Notes under the pieces: model-generated | The model's input: only the letters and a program-made list of their open reading frames with translations | The model's database searches: none | What the model was told of the DNA's origin: nothing | Source: an uncultured Bacteroidales bacterium | GTDB lineage: Bacteria; Bacteroidota; Bacteroidia; Bacteroidales; VadinHA17 | NCBI GenBank assembly: GCA_963750735.1 | Contig: CAVVRY010000016.1 | Span: forward strand, 79,724-143,723 | Direction: 5' to 3' | Length of the DNA: 64,000 nucleotides | Part shown: piece after piece, positions 18,828-29,486 of the stretch | Layout of the letters: each line of letters begins with the position of its first letter | Position numbering within the stretch: position 1 is the first letter of the stretch | Translations under genes and position numbers: made by a program

Positions 18828-19933
18828 GTGCATTTGAATAAAATCATATTAGTACTATTCCTGTTTGTTTCAGGTTCAAAATTGGCATTTTCCCAACAAA
18901 TTGTCTTTGATTCAATTGCCTTCCTGCCAAATTCGGTTATTGAAACTTCCGGTCTAATCTTCCTGAATGATAAACTTATAACTCATAATGACTCAGGCAA
19001 TGAACCGGCATTATTTGAGCTGGATACTGTTTCCGGAGAAATTACTCGTAAAGTAATCGTCAGAAATGCAACGAACGTTGATTGGGAAGATATTTGTTTT
19101 GATGATACTTATATTTACATAGGTGATATTGGTAACAACAGTGGAAGCAGGACAGATCTGAAAATTTATAGGGTTTCGATAGACAATTACTTTGAGACAG
19201 CAAATGATACAGTATCTGCCGATACTATTCATTTTAATTACGGTGATCAATTTGACTTTACTCCAGGTTCTAACCAGACAAATTACGATGCTGAGGCATT
19301 GATTTCATTAGGTGATAGTCTTTATATTTTTACCAAAAACTGGCTAAATTTTAAGACAAATGTCTATTCTTTATCTAAATTGCCAGGTACCTATTCATTG
19401 GTGAGGGTGGATAGCCTTGATCCTCAGGGCCTCATTACAGGAGCCTGCACCAACCGGACAACAGGAAGTGTTAGATTATCTGGATATACTTTATCTTCAG
19501 CATTTGTATTCAGATTAAGCCAGTTCTCTGATGCAGGATTCTCTACAGGCACAATAGAAAAGATTAATCTTCCGGTGCTCGCTCAAATCGAGGCGATTAC
19601 ACATAGGGATAATGAGCTATATTATTTATCATCTGAAAAAAGCATTTTTAGTGAATCCATTCTTTACAGATTGCAAAATGGAACAGGAACAGGCCTCGGG
19701 AAGATTTCAACCATAAGTATAAAAATATTTCCCAATCCCTCTTCTGAGTATATCAACATTAGATACTGAACAAGCTGTGCAGGTTGAATTATATGACGCT
19801 TTCGGGTAATTTTATTTGGAAGAAACAAGTAAGTCGTGTATCTGTATCCGATCTTAAAACAGGTATATTTTTCCTTAATATTAAAACATTGGATGGCGAG
19901 TTCATAGGTTCACATAAAATAGTCGTGAACTGA
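18828..19933 (+). pseudogene. secreted beta-propeller-like protein with T9SS type-A C-terminal sorting domain, two frame breaks inside the CTD
   Basis: GTG start with a signal peptide. The core contains SGL..NDSGNEP..DWEDI..IGDIGNN. The tail KIFPNPSSEYINI / TEQAVQVELYDA / GNFIWKKQVSRVSVSDLKTGIFFLNIKTLDGEFIGSHKIVVN* is a Por-secretion tail but needs corrections near 19758-19767 and 19804-19806. Confidence 0.7.
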
Positions 19934-19947
19934 GATCTTCTTTTATT

Positions 19948-20340
19948 TCAATTATGATATACTTTAAATATTTTTATTAATCTGTCTGCTGGTACCATCC
20001 CATTCTTGCTTTTTTTCATTTCGGTAAGCACAATTTCAACAGCTTCCAGGTTCAAACCTAATTTTAATCCAGCCTTTTTGAGCATATTCAATTCAGAGGA
20101 ATCTAACTTCATGTCAACATTGGCCAACAATACCAATCTTTGAAACTGAAGAATCCTGTCAACTTCAAGCGGAGGGGGTGTGAATTCAACATATTCCAAT
20201 ATAAGCGAGTCAAGTTGTTCTTTTTCAATTTCTAATAAATTTGCTATAACCTGCAGAAATTGGTATTCTTCATCTCCAAACTCCATATCGACTTTTGCAA
20301 GTTTTATTAACTCTGTCAATATACTTAGCTTTTCTCTCAT
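19948..20340 (-). CDS. TerB-like (tellurite-resistance TerB fold) protein
   Basis: 130 aa, all-helical, with a duplicated D..(L/F)...E...L pattern (VDMEFGDEEYQFL, VDMKLDSSELNML). Assignment from memory. Confidence 0.55.
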   Translation of the reverse strand: MREKLSILTELIKLAKVDMEFGDEEYQFLQVIANLLEIEKEQLDSLILEYVEFTPPPLEVDRILQFQRLVLLANVDMKLDSSELNMLKKAGLKLGLNLEAVEIVLTEMKKSKNGMVPADRLIKIFKVYHN

Positions 20341-20473
20341 GCCTTCAGTTCTGGTTATTATTTCAAATATATCTCAGTATCCGCAACGAAATTATAAAAA
20401 TTGTGCTTATGATTGAAAACCAGGGGAAAAATTTTGATTATTGAATTTTGGTTGTGGATATAATTTTTACAGC

Positions 20474-20481
20474 TACCTTTG
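20474..20481 (+). promoter_or_regulatory. TAnnTTTG -7 box upstream of the BNR-repeat gene
   Basis: tacctttg lies 80 nt before the ATG at 20561. Confidence 0.3.
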
Positions 20482-20560
20482 AATAGAGGATAAAATCAAC
20501 TTTTATTTTGATTGAATAAACCTGATAATTAAAGAGAAACCACAATTAAATATTCTTGGT

Positions 20561-23219
20561 ATGAGATCATTTTTTTTGATTAAATTATTAATAATAAGTG
20601 CTATATGCCTGGGGCAGGAAGATGTTTTTAAAGTGTTCGAATACAGGAATTTCAGTCCTACAGCAGTAAGTGCATGGATTTCAGATATTGCAGTACCTGA
20701 GAATCCTGATTCTGCAAATTTGCATGTTTTCTACGCAGCTGCACGTCATGGTGGCGTATGGAAAACCTCGAACAATGGGGTGACTTTTGAATGCATTACC
20801 GATGAACTTCCAACAACCTCTATTGGGGCTGTTGAGGTGGCTCCAAATAATCCCAATATTCTCTGGGTGGGTACGGGAGAGGCTTCCAATGCACGATCAA
20901 CACACAGGGGATACGGTGTTTATAAATCAAGTGATGCAGGTAAGAGCTTTACTTTTATGGGATTAGAAAATACTCAGCATATACCCAGAATTGTGATTCA
21001 TCCTGAAAATGAGGATATTGTATTTGTGGCCTCTATGGGTTCGCTCTTTTCTCCCAACGAAGAAAGAGGTGTTTACAAAACTACAGATGGTGGGGAAAGC
21101 TGGGAAAAGGTATTGTATATAAATGAAAATGTTGGGGTTATTGATTTGGTTATAAACAGAACCAATCCGAATGTGTTGTATGCTGCCGCCTATGAGAAAT
21201 ACAGGTTTCCATGGCACTTTGAAGCGGGTGGACCGGAAAGTGGCATATATAAAACAACAGATGGAGGGGAGAACTGGGTAAAACTCTCTGGGGGCTTGCC
21301 ATCTGGAAATATTGGCAGAATAGGTGTGGATATTTATAGGAAAGATCCAAATATTCTGTACACTGTGGTTGAAAACCTGAATCCCAAACCAGATTTTGAT
21401 GCCAAGGAGGAAGAAGCTTTTGATCATATGCGTGATCCTTATTTCGACCGTTTAATTGGAGGCGAAGTATATCGAAGTGCAGATGCCGGACTTACCTGGA
21501 CCAAAATGAACCATGATACTGTGGATGTTGGGAGTAAAGCAGCCTACTCTTTTAACCAGATAATTGTCGATCCAAATGACGACATGAATGTTTATATCAA
21601 TAATGTATACATTCAATCTTCATTCGATGGTGGAAAAACCTGGGATGGTTTAGATTGGAGAGCCACGAATCGTTTTAAAACTATGTTTGGAGATGTTCGG
21701 ACCTTATGGATCAATCCAAAGGATTCCCGCCACCTAATGGCAGGCAGCGATGGTGGATTGAATGTTACTTATGACCAGGGAATTTCTACAATGTGTTTTC
21801 ATCAAATTCCCCTGGGAGAGATTTATAATATTGAACTTGGACAATGCTCTACCCTTATAACATATATGCTGGCTTACAGGACCATGAGGCCTGGAAAGCT
21901 CCCACCAACGGCTGGCGGGGATCTATTGGTGAAGATGACTGGACTTTGGTAGGTATGTGGGATGGGATGTATATTGAGGTAGATCCGGAAAATAACCGAT
22001 GGTTATATACCACCACACAGTTCGGATCTCATCAAAGGGTTGATCAACTCACAGGTGAACGTAAAAATATACAACCGGTGGCTGAAGAAGGCAACCCTCC
22101 TTACCGATATACATGGAATACTCCGCTTATTATTTCACCGCATAACACAAGTATCTTATATACAGGAGGCCAGATGCTGCTTCGATCATTGACAGAGGTG
22201 ATACCTGGCAGGAGATGGGCCCCGATTTAACAAGAAATGATTCAGTAAAAATTGCCGGTCGTGGACATTTAATGTATTGTACAATTTCCTCGATAAGCGA
22301 ATCTCCGGTAACTCCAGGAGTTATATGGGTAGGTACCGACGATGGTAAGGTCTGGTTAACAAGAGATCATGGAAGAAACTGGCTTGGTATTACGAAAAAT
22401 TTGCAGGCCGCTGGAGCACCGGATGAACGATATGTTAGCCGCATTTTTGCATCTCATCATAAGGAAAGTAGGGGATATGTTGTAAAATCAGGGTTTCGAA
22501 ACGATGATTTCAAACCATATGTTTATAAAAGTGATGACTATGGCAACTCCTGGACAAATATTTCATCGAACCTGCCGGACCAGCCTATTTCAGCTTTCTG
22601 GGAGGATGATACAAATCCTGATTTGTTATTTATTGGAAATGACCTGGGAGTATATTTTAGCTTAAACAGTGGACAATCATGGATTCCTTTGAAAAACAAT
22701 ATGCCAAATGTTCCGGTTAAAGATATAATGGTGCATCCTTCAGCACGTGACCTCGTAATTGGCACCTATGGTAGGGGTGTTTATGTTACCGATATATATC
22801 CTTTTCTTGAGTTAACCGAGGAACTACTCAGCCAGGATATGCATTTGTTTAATATTGAATCTAAACCACAGAGAAATCAATCTGAACAGGCCTGGTGGGG
22901 CAATCATGGCCCGTTTGAAGACAGCCAATTCAGGACATCAAATGAGGCAAATGGTCTACACATATATTACTATCTGGGTAAACAAACTAAAGCTGAAGTT
23001 CGAATTTTGATTCGTGATAATGAAGGAGTGTTGCTGGATGAAAAGATGGGGGAGGCTGAGAAAGGAATACATAAAACTGTATGGAATACCTATGATGCAG
23101 AACCCGGAGAGTATCAGATTACCCTTAAAATAGGAAAGAAGGAAATTACCAAATCAGCTAGAGTAGAAGAAAAACTAGTTTGGCCTGCAGGAAATAAAGA
23201 GAATAATTTTAAAAATTAG
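20561..23219 (+). pseudogene. sortilin/VPS10-type BNR (Asp-box) repeat protein, glycosidase-like, two missing-base frame breaks
   Basis: Eight S/T-x-D-x-G-x-(S/T)-W boxes (SSDAGKSF, TTDGGESW, TTDGGENW, SADAGLTW, SFDGGKTW, TRDHGRNW, SDDYGNSW, SLNSGQSW). The fragments 20561..21952, 21844..22230 and 22215..23219 join if one base is added near 21838 and one near 22189 (RSL/DRGDTWQEMGPDL). Confidence 0.8.
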
Positions 23220-23243
23220 CTCTTTGCTGAACAAATAGGCATG

Positions 23244-23813
23244 CTAAAATATTTTCGGGAGTAATTTGTTGCTCACCTTCATGTAATTCCTATATGCATC
23301 GCCGAATTCTTCAATAAGAATATTTTCTTCGATTTTAATTCGATAAAGTATTACCAATAAAATGGGAATGTTTACCACCAGTATTGAGATAAAACTGTTC
23401 ATTGCAAGGGAAAGGCCAAAACATTCAATAAATAAGCCCAAATAACTTGGATGCCGAATATTTTTATATATACCATCTGTTTTCAGAGTATGATTTTCTG
23501 TAATGCTTACATCAACGGTAAATTCTTTATTCAATCTGATTATTGAAATCCATCTGAAAAGAATACCAAAAATGAATATGCATAATCCAACTATAGCCGC
23601 AAATTTGTTAAAGGAGCTCCAAACATGGTAATTGGCGGCAAAAAAACCTAAACTTATTCCCAATGGAATAGCTATCCAAAATAAGATCAAGGATTTTTTA
23701 TCCTTCCTGGCTTTTGTCTTTTCTTTTTTTGATCGTTTAGCGATCATTAAGGCAAATTCAGAGAGGAAAAATAGGAAAGAAGCAGTGAGTATAATATTGA
23801 TGTTCATATTCAA
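23244..23813 (-). CDS. isoprenylcysteine carboxyl methyltransferase (ICMT/PEMT-like) family membrane protein
   Basis: Polytopic, with the C-terminal signature GIYKNIRHPSYLGLFIECFG. Confidence 0.8.
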   Translation of the reverse strand: MNMNINIILTASFLFFLSEFALMIAKRSKKEKTKARKDKKSLILFWIAIPLGISLGFFAANYHVWSSFNKFAAIVGLCIFIFGILFRWISIIRLNKEFTVDVSITENHTLKTDGIYKNIRHPSYLGLFIECFGLSLAMNSFISILVVNIPILLVILYRIKIEENILIEEFGDAYRNYMKVSNKLLPKIF

Positions 23814-23929
23814 CTAATTATTAACCATAACATATTGTATTAGCATACATAATTCTATTGATTGCAAATGTATGTCAAATTCCTTTATTGCTGCCACTAT
23901 ATCAGAAGGAAGTAGCATGAAATTTGATC

Positions 23930-24460
23930 TTACAATTCGGAATTGGGAGAGGAAGTATTTAATATTCTTCTAATTTCTTTAATAAGTGAATTAGTTGACT
24001 TATTGGAATTTTCAATTGAAAAATCTGTTGTTTGATTTTTTAGTACTACCATGGAATTTATTCTTTCTACTTGATCATCAGATATATTAATATGAATAGT
24101 CTGATCACGTTCCTGAACCCGTTTTAAACAAAGGTCAATGTCAGTATTTATTTTTATTGTAACTACATTAAAATCAGATTTTAGACTTAAAAGCATATTG
24201 TCAAAATGTACAGTCAAACCTGTGGATTCAAATACAATACAATCTCTCTCAAGAATAGCTTCTCGAATCCCCTTCTCAATAGTTTGGAAGGATTGCCGAA
24301 CGTATTTATCATCATCGATATCCGCACTTTTTTTTAAGTCAAGGAACCAGTCTTCTACTCTGATAAAATCAATATTGAATTGTTTCTGGAAGATGGTACC
24401 TATAAATGATTTACCACTTCCCTTGGGACCAATTAAGACGTATATATGCTTGATATTCAT
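23930..24460 (-). CDS. P-loop NTPase / small-molecule kinase-like protein
   Basis: Walker A IGPKGSGKSF at the N-terminus; the 176-aa size and layout resemble shikimate/gluconate-kinase-type enzymes. Confidence 0.6.
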   Translation of the reverse strand: MNIKHIYVLIGPKGSGKSFIGTIFQKQFNIDFIRVEDWFLDLKKSADIDDDKYVRQSFQTIEKGIREAILERDCIVFESTGLTVHFDNMLLSLKSDFNVVTIKINTDIDLCLKRVQERDQTIHINISDDQVERINSMVVLKNQTTDFSIENSNKSTNSLIKEIRRILNTSSPNSEL

Positions 24461-24541
24461 TTTTTTCGATAATTTGAGATTATAAGCTATATAATTTACC
24501 TGAGGGAGTGTAATGGAACTTTTATATCAAGGCCAAGTAGT

Positions 24542-25237
24542 CTATATCGAGAAATATGTTTCCAGTTCTTTAATTGTATTTTCGCTTGTCTCTAGATCGT
24601 GAATTATTTTACCTTTCTCGAGTATGGCAATCCTCTGACATACTTGTGTTATATGCTTCAGATCATGACTGGAGATTAAAAGTGTTGCTCCATGATTTAT
24701 CTTCAAATCGTTAAAGAGATTTATCATTCTGATCTGTGTAGAAGGGTCGAGGCCGTTAAAAGGTTCATCCAAAACTAATACTTCGGGTTTGGCCATCAAG
24801 GCTGCAGCTATTCCAACTTTTTGCCTGTTTCCCTGGGAAAGATCCCGGATGTATTTATTTTTCCCAAGAATCTCGTCATTAAATATATCCTTAAATTCAT
24901 AATAAAATTGATCGAGGTCTCCTTTTGATAAACCGTAAATCTCATTTAGGAATTCAAAATATTCTTCCGGAGTTAAAAAATCAATAACAAAACGTTGGTC
25001 GAGATAGGAACCTGTATAATACTTCCAGGTACCTGATAATTTAACATCCTCACCCTTAGATTTTACTATTCCTGAATTGGCTCTTATAAGATCAAGAATA
25101 AGCCTGAAAAAGGTGGTCTTCCCAGCTCCATTATTCCCTACCAAACCAAAGCTGTCCCCTTTCTCAATAATAAGTTCTGGAATATCCAGAACGGTAGTTC
25201 CACCATATATCTTAGTTAAACCTTTAACTTCAATCAT
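24542..25237 (-). CDS. ABC transporter ATP-binding protein
   Basis: Walker A GNNGAGKTT, signature LSQGNRQK, Walker B LVLDEP, H-loop SSHD. Confidence 0.9.
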   Translation of the reverse strand: MIEVKGLTKIYGGTTVLDIPELIIEKGDSFGLVGNNGAGKTTFFRLILDLIRANSGIVKSKGEDVKLSGTWKYYTGSYLDQRFVIDFLTPEEYFEFLNEIYGLSKGDLDQFYYEFKDIFNDEILGKNKYIRDLSQGNRQKVGIAAALMAKPEVLVLDEPFNGLDPSTQIRMINLFNDLKINHGATLLISSHDLKHITQVCQRIAILEKGKIIHDLETSENTIKELETYFSI

Positions 25238-25271
25238 AATTAATAATTTATTCTTTGAGTAAATAAAATGA

Positions 25272-26750
25272 TTATGACCTAAAACCCTCGGCCATATCGT
25301 ATTTTCTTTTATAGAATTGTTTTACTAAAAAATCAAGTAAGGTTTTATGAAATAATAGTCCAATTAAACCAAGTGCACCTATAAATAACAAACCTGCCGT
25401 AGGCATACCCAATAGATTAAAGGGTATATATATGAATACAGGTAACAAAAATGCAGGCAACATTGATAGCCAGTGTGTGGCACCAAGCCCCTGATAATTA
25501 AACGCTGCCCCCTTACTCAAATCCATTCTTTTCTTGCTGTAGGTGGAGAAATAAAGTAGAACAAATGATAGAAATCCAATGTTATACAAAAAGGTCATTG
25601 AATTAACTAACAAAATATTGACTCCAAAAAAGACATAGGGAATGGTCAAAATATAGCATGTAGTAGCTATAGCCACTGCCAATATATACTTGCTATAAAT
25701 ATATCGCTCAAGATCCGTATAATTGGCCAGGATATTGTCAAAATAATTGCTTTCATAGCTAAAACAATAATTGACATAGTTTAGCATCATACCACCGGTC
25801 ATGAATATTCCAACAAAAATCAAGAATGCAGAACCATCTTTATATTCAGGCTGGGGGTAAAAAATAAATCCATACAATAAGAATAAGGGTGCCATATATA
25901 TTATTGAACGTGTTCTCTTATGCCTCCATATTAGTCTTAAATCCAGTGATATATATAGCCCTGTTAGTCCTATTGTTTTTAGATATTTTATATTAGAAAG
26001 GGAATCAATTTTTTCATTCTTTTTCACATTAACTTCCTCAGGGTATAACTTCGATTCCAGGAAGTTATAATTCAGCCAATATGTGAAAATCAAAACTATT
26101 ATCGGAACAATTATGAAACTGGGATGAAAGAGCAATTGCCCAAAGATATATGATGATATATTTGATAAGGAAATAAGCTTAAAATATTCAAGCATGAAAA
26201 GGGTAATTAGGATAAGACCAAAAATCCCAACAATCTTTGCTCTTCCAGCCAATTGCCGTTTTATATAGGTAGCCAGGAAGTTGTTGCTAAATACCAGCAA
26301 AATGATAGAAAGTAGCCAAATCCAGGCAATGCTGTTTGTATATTCTGGTGCAACAACCTTGAAGGCAATTGGGAAGATTACCAGCCACGAAATATAATTT
26401 CCAATTGCAAAAATTGACTTTCCAGCCACATAGTGCACAATGGATGATTTTTTAATAGGTAAGTGTAAATAGGTTTCTATATTCAGAGTGGGTAAAGATT
26501 GCATAAAGAATCGAAAGAAAAACTCGATTGCCAGGTAATAAATAATGAAACCGTTTATTATTGGAACATGATCTTGCCCGGGAAATATCTCTTCTAGAAT
26601 CTTATCTATAAAAAGTCCAAAAAACAAGATATTTAATAACATAATTAGAAGAAGTATTCCAAGGACAATGTTAAGAGCTATGCTCTTTTGCCATATGGAA
26701 GATCTTCTCATTTCTTTCCATTGAAATCTGAGAAACCACTTAAATATCAT
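25272..26750 (-). CDS. large polytopic membrane protein partner of the ABC ATPase (DUF5687-like)
   Basis: 492 aa and highly hydrophobic throughout. It ends 34 nt upstream of the ATPase gene on the same strand. The family name is from memory. Confidence 0.55.
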   Translation of the reverse strand: MIFKWFLRFQWKEMRRSSIWQKSIALNIVLGILLLIMLLNILFFGLFIDKILEEIFPGQDHVPIINGFIIYYLAIEFFFRFFMQSLPTLNIETYLHLPIKKSSIVHYVAGKSIFAIGNYISWLVIFPIAFKVVAPEYTNSIAWIWLLSIILLVFSNNFLATYIKRQLAGRAKIVGIFGLILITLFMLEYFKLISLSNISSYIFGQLLFHPSFIIVPIIVLIFTYWLNYNFLESKLYPEEVNVKKNEKIDSLSNIKYLKTIGLTGLYISLDLRLIWRHKRTRSIIYMAPLFLLYGFIFYPQPEYKDGSAFLIFVGIFMTGGMMLNYVNYCFSYESNYFDNILANYTDLERYIYSKYILAVAIATTCYILTIPYVFFGVNILLVNSMTFLYNIGFLSFVLLYFSTYSKKRMDLSKGAAFNYQGLGATHWLSMLPAFLLPVFIYIPFNLLGMPTAGLLFIGALGLIGLLFHKTLLDFLVKQFYKRKYDMAEGFRS

Positions 26751-26849
26751 GCTGACAGATTTTTTGTAACAGTTTTAGTTTTTGGCTTTATAAAATAAAT
26801 TAAATTAAACTTCCTCATTAAAGCTTATAATAAGACCGAAATTTTATTG

Positions 26850-28378
26850 CTAACGATAAATGTTTTTTAATGCCTTAACCTTATCAGAATAAAATTCTTT
26901 AAATGTGTCTTTTGGTTGAGTACAATAAAACACCTTTACTCCATTTTCTCTAAAATATATATTGTCAACCCTACCTATTTCCTTATAGGAGTCATATAAA
27001 AATTCGATATCACCAATTTCATGCTCGACGAATATCATAGAAACATTGGCAACAGTATCAGGTGCCCATAAAAGGTAATTATCACTGAATGAAATAGGGG
27101 AGGGCAAACCATGTTTTTTACCATAAAATTTAATGGCACCAGCCTGGCCATAGTTTTCAGCATAGATGACGCAATCTTCTTTTTCAGATGCCGGCAGAGT
27201 ATTATAGAATTTAATTACAATTTCGCTTAACTCCTTCCATCCGGTCATGTCAGCGTAATCCTGAGGTACATTATGTATTTCTCCATCTTCCCATCGGTTT
27301 ACCAATTCAGAAAGGTCATTTTTATTTATATAATTGGCCGTTTTTTCATGGCTTAGAACCGGTAAACTTAAAGGCATCATTGGCAGGAAGCTTAGTACAA
27401 TTAATGCCACAACTATGTATTTAAGATAATTCTTAAAGTATTTGTCAATAGCATAGCCCCCTAATGCAAAAAGTATTGAATAGAGACCCAACGTGTAGTA
27501 TGACTTGCCTCGAAGTAAAATTAAGGTAAGAATAAGGAACACATAAATTAAGGCTAAAACCCGGTACTCCTTTTCAGCTTTGAAAAACAAAAATACGATC
27601 AAACCGGTCATCCAGACTATAATACCGGGAAAATTCATTACAATTTGGTCGATAATAAATCCGATAAGAGAAACATTTACAAGTTGATTTTTTTGCAATT
27701 CTGACATATGATGCAAAAGAGGCCAGTTGTGGTTGTATTGCCAGAGTATGTTCGGAAGTATTATAACAACTCCGATAATACCTCCGATTAAGAAATGCTT
27801 TGAAAATAAGTAAGTTTCGCTGTTTTGTAAAAATCAATCCTGCTAAAAAGGAAACAATAAAAAAACTAATTGAATATTTGTTCAAAAAAGCAATTCCCCA
27901 AACAATGAAAATACTGTACCATATTTTTGTATTGGATGTATTTATAAGTCTTACTATTAAATAACCCGAGAGGAGCCAGAAAAACTGGTTGAATGCAACT
28001 GGCTGGAATAACGTATTTGTTCTTAGAAAGGCAGGTGAAAATATAAATGCAGTTGAAGCGATTATTATAGCCAGATAACTTCCTCTAAGTTCTTTAACAA
28101 TTTTTGCAATGAATATAACCGAGATAGCTCCAATGAGAGCCGGAAAAAACCGCAGAGCAAAAACTGTATTTCCAAACAGGAAAGTGGATATTTTTGATAT
28201 TAATGCAATTAAGGGAGGTACTGAAGCATATCCCCAGGCCAGGTTTTCACCCAGATGAATAATATAGAAATGCGTCCCGATGAAGTTCATAATTTGTATT
28301 AGTGGCCAAATGAATACCAAGTTTTAATAATGCAAGCCCGATTATTATTAGCCATTCTTTTGATATTCTTTTTGACAT
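26850..28378 (-). pseudogene. second GT-C (PMT_2/ArnT-like) glycosyltransferase, two frame breaks
   Basis: MSKRISKEWLIIIGLALLKLGIHLATNTNYELHRD (from 28378) continues as IIHLGENLAWGYASVPPLIALISK... (fragment 27574..28320), then SKHFLIGGIIGVVIILPNILWQYNHNWPLLHHMSELQKNQ... (fragment 26850..27716). The breaks are near 28262-28270 and 27800-27808. Confidence 0.75.
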
Positions 28379-28597
28379 GTCGTGCTAATTTATGACAATA
28401 AAAATAATGCCAGATCTTACAAAATGGAAATCGATTCTGCAATGCATGAAAATACAAAATTCCTATTTAAAAGTAACTGGGACACTCCCAAGGCAGTTGG
28501 AAAATGAATCTGTAAATATATATTGCTATGACTATAAGTATTTTGTGCCAGGTATGTAAAGAGGATTTTAGTGCAATATATTTAATTAGAAGTGCTC

Positions 28598-28792
28598 TTA
28601 TTCGAGTTCACTTTGGTCCTTTTTCCTCTTCATATTCATACCTATTATAAAGAAAAGACCCCCCACTGCTATAAAAACAGTTCCCAAGGAACCACTTGTC
28701 TCTTTCATTGTATTTGTGAAAGTAACTCCAAGAGCAATTATTATTATCCCGGCAAAAATGTACCTTCTGTATTTTTCCATTTTGTTATCCAT
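28598..28792 (-). CDS. small two-helix membrane protein
   Basis: 64 aa with two hydrophobic helices and a charged tail (KRKKDQSELE). I prefer it over the overlapping plus-strand ORF 28592..28819, which has no membrane or motif logic. Confidence 0.4.
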   Translation of the reverse strand: MDNKMEKYRRYIFAGIIIIALGVTFTNTMKETSGSLGTVFIAVGGLFFIIGMNMKRKKDQSELE

Positions 28793-28911
28793 ATCATATT
28801 TACTTTAAGATTATTCTAATTCTTTTTCCAGCTTTCTTTTACCTAAAATTGAGAATATTATAAAAAATAATAAAATCAATCCTGTGACTGCAGATGATGA
28901 TTAAGAGCTTA

Positions 28912-29289
28912 TCAATTAGCTCGCATAAATGACAATCCAGCTTTCTGGAACACATTATATTTCAGAAAGGTAAACAAGCTGCCCAGGACAACAAAAGCTA
29001 AATAAATGAGTAAGATACTCTTTATTTTTAGCTTTCTAACTGGGATAGCACCAAAGTATAAAAGAGCACTAATAAGAAATAAGGAGTTGACGGTCATAAT
29101 TATTGCAATATCTTCAAAATCACGGATTTCTTGTCCAAGGGCAAACTGACGGTAGATTACTATGCCCTGTATAGCAAGAATTGTTAAGAAATACATAACA
29201 GATATAACTTTATAAGCTACCTGCTTGTTTCGTTCATCCATACCAAGAAATGGTCTTTTATTTTTTGCTTTCATCCCAAAATAAATCAT
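28912..29289 (-). CDS. membrane protein downstream of the XRE regulator
   Basis: Three hydrophobic helices. The track start overlaps the XRE gene by 32 nt; the Met at 29241 (MDERNKQVAYK...) would instead start 16 nt after the XRE stop and is the likelier start. Confidence 0.55.
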   Translation of the reverse strand: MIYFGMKAKNKRPFLGMDERNKQVAYKVISVMYFLTILAIQGIVIYRQFALGQEIRDFEDIAIIMTVNSLFLISALLYFGAIPVRKLKIKSILLIYLAFVVLGSLFTFLKYNVFQKAGLSFMRAN

Positions 29290-29461
29290 TTAAGGTTTTA
29301 TTCAATACGCTGGCAATCTTAATACAAAGATTTAATGTTGGGTTGTATTTCCCCTTTTCTATTAAGCCAATTGTTTGCCTGGTTACATCACATAAATCAG
29401 CTAAGTCTTGTTGAGACAATCCCTTTTCAACTCTGGCTATTTTAATTTTGATGTTTTCCAC
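29258..29461 (-). CDS. XRE-family helix-turn-helix transcriptional regulator (67 aa)
   Basis: GTG start. LSQQDLADLCDVTRQTIGLIEKGKYNPTLNLCIKIA is a canonical Cro/C1 HTH. Confidence 0.85.
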   Translation of the reverse strand: MENIKIKIARVEKGLSQQDLADLCDVTRQTIGLIEKGKYNPTLNLCIKIASVLNKTLNDLFWDESKK

Positions 29462-29486
29462 GGTCTAAAAGTAATATAAATATTGC

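Noticed and set aside
28391-28570. 59-codon plus-strand ORF (MTIKIMPDLTKWKSILQCMK...YFVPGM) in the gap upstream of the broken GT-C gene
   Set aside because: It has no recognisable motif and lies in a divergent AT-rich promoter region. It is below the track length threshold and nothing supports expression.
28592-28819. Plus-strand 75-aa ORF overlapping the minus-strand 64-aa ORF
   Set aside because: The minus-strand product has a clean two-helix membrane layout and sits in the XRE operon orientation. The plus-strand product has no such logic.
28816-28905. TM-like peptide SSSAVTGLILLFFIIFSILGKRKLEKELE* on the minus strand, just after the 125-aa membrane ORF, with a tail resembling the next small protein
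   Set aside because: It has no start codon apart from a TTG giving 22 aa. Stops in all frames separate it from the upstream ORF, so joining them needs at least two corrections. This is too speculative to call.
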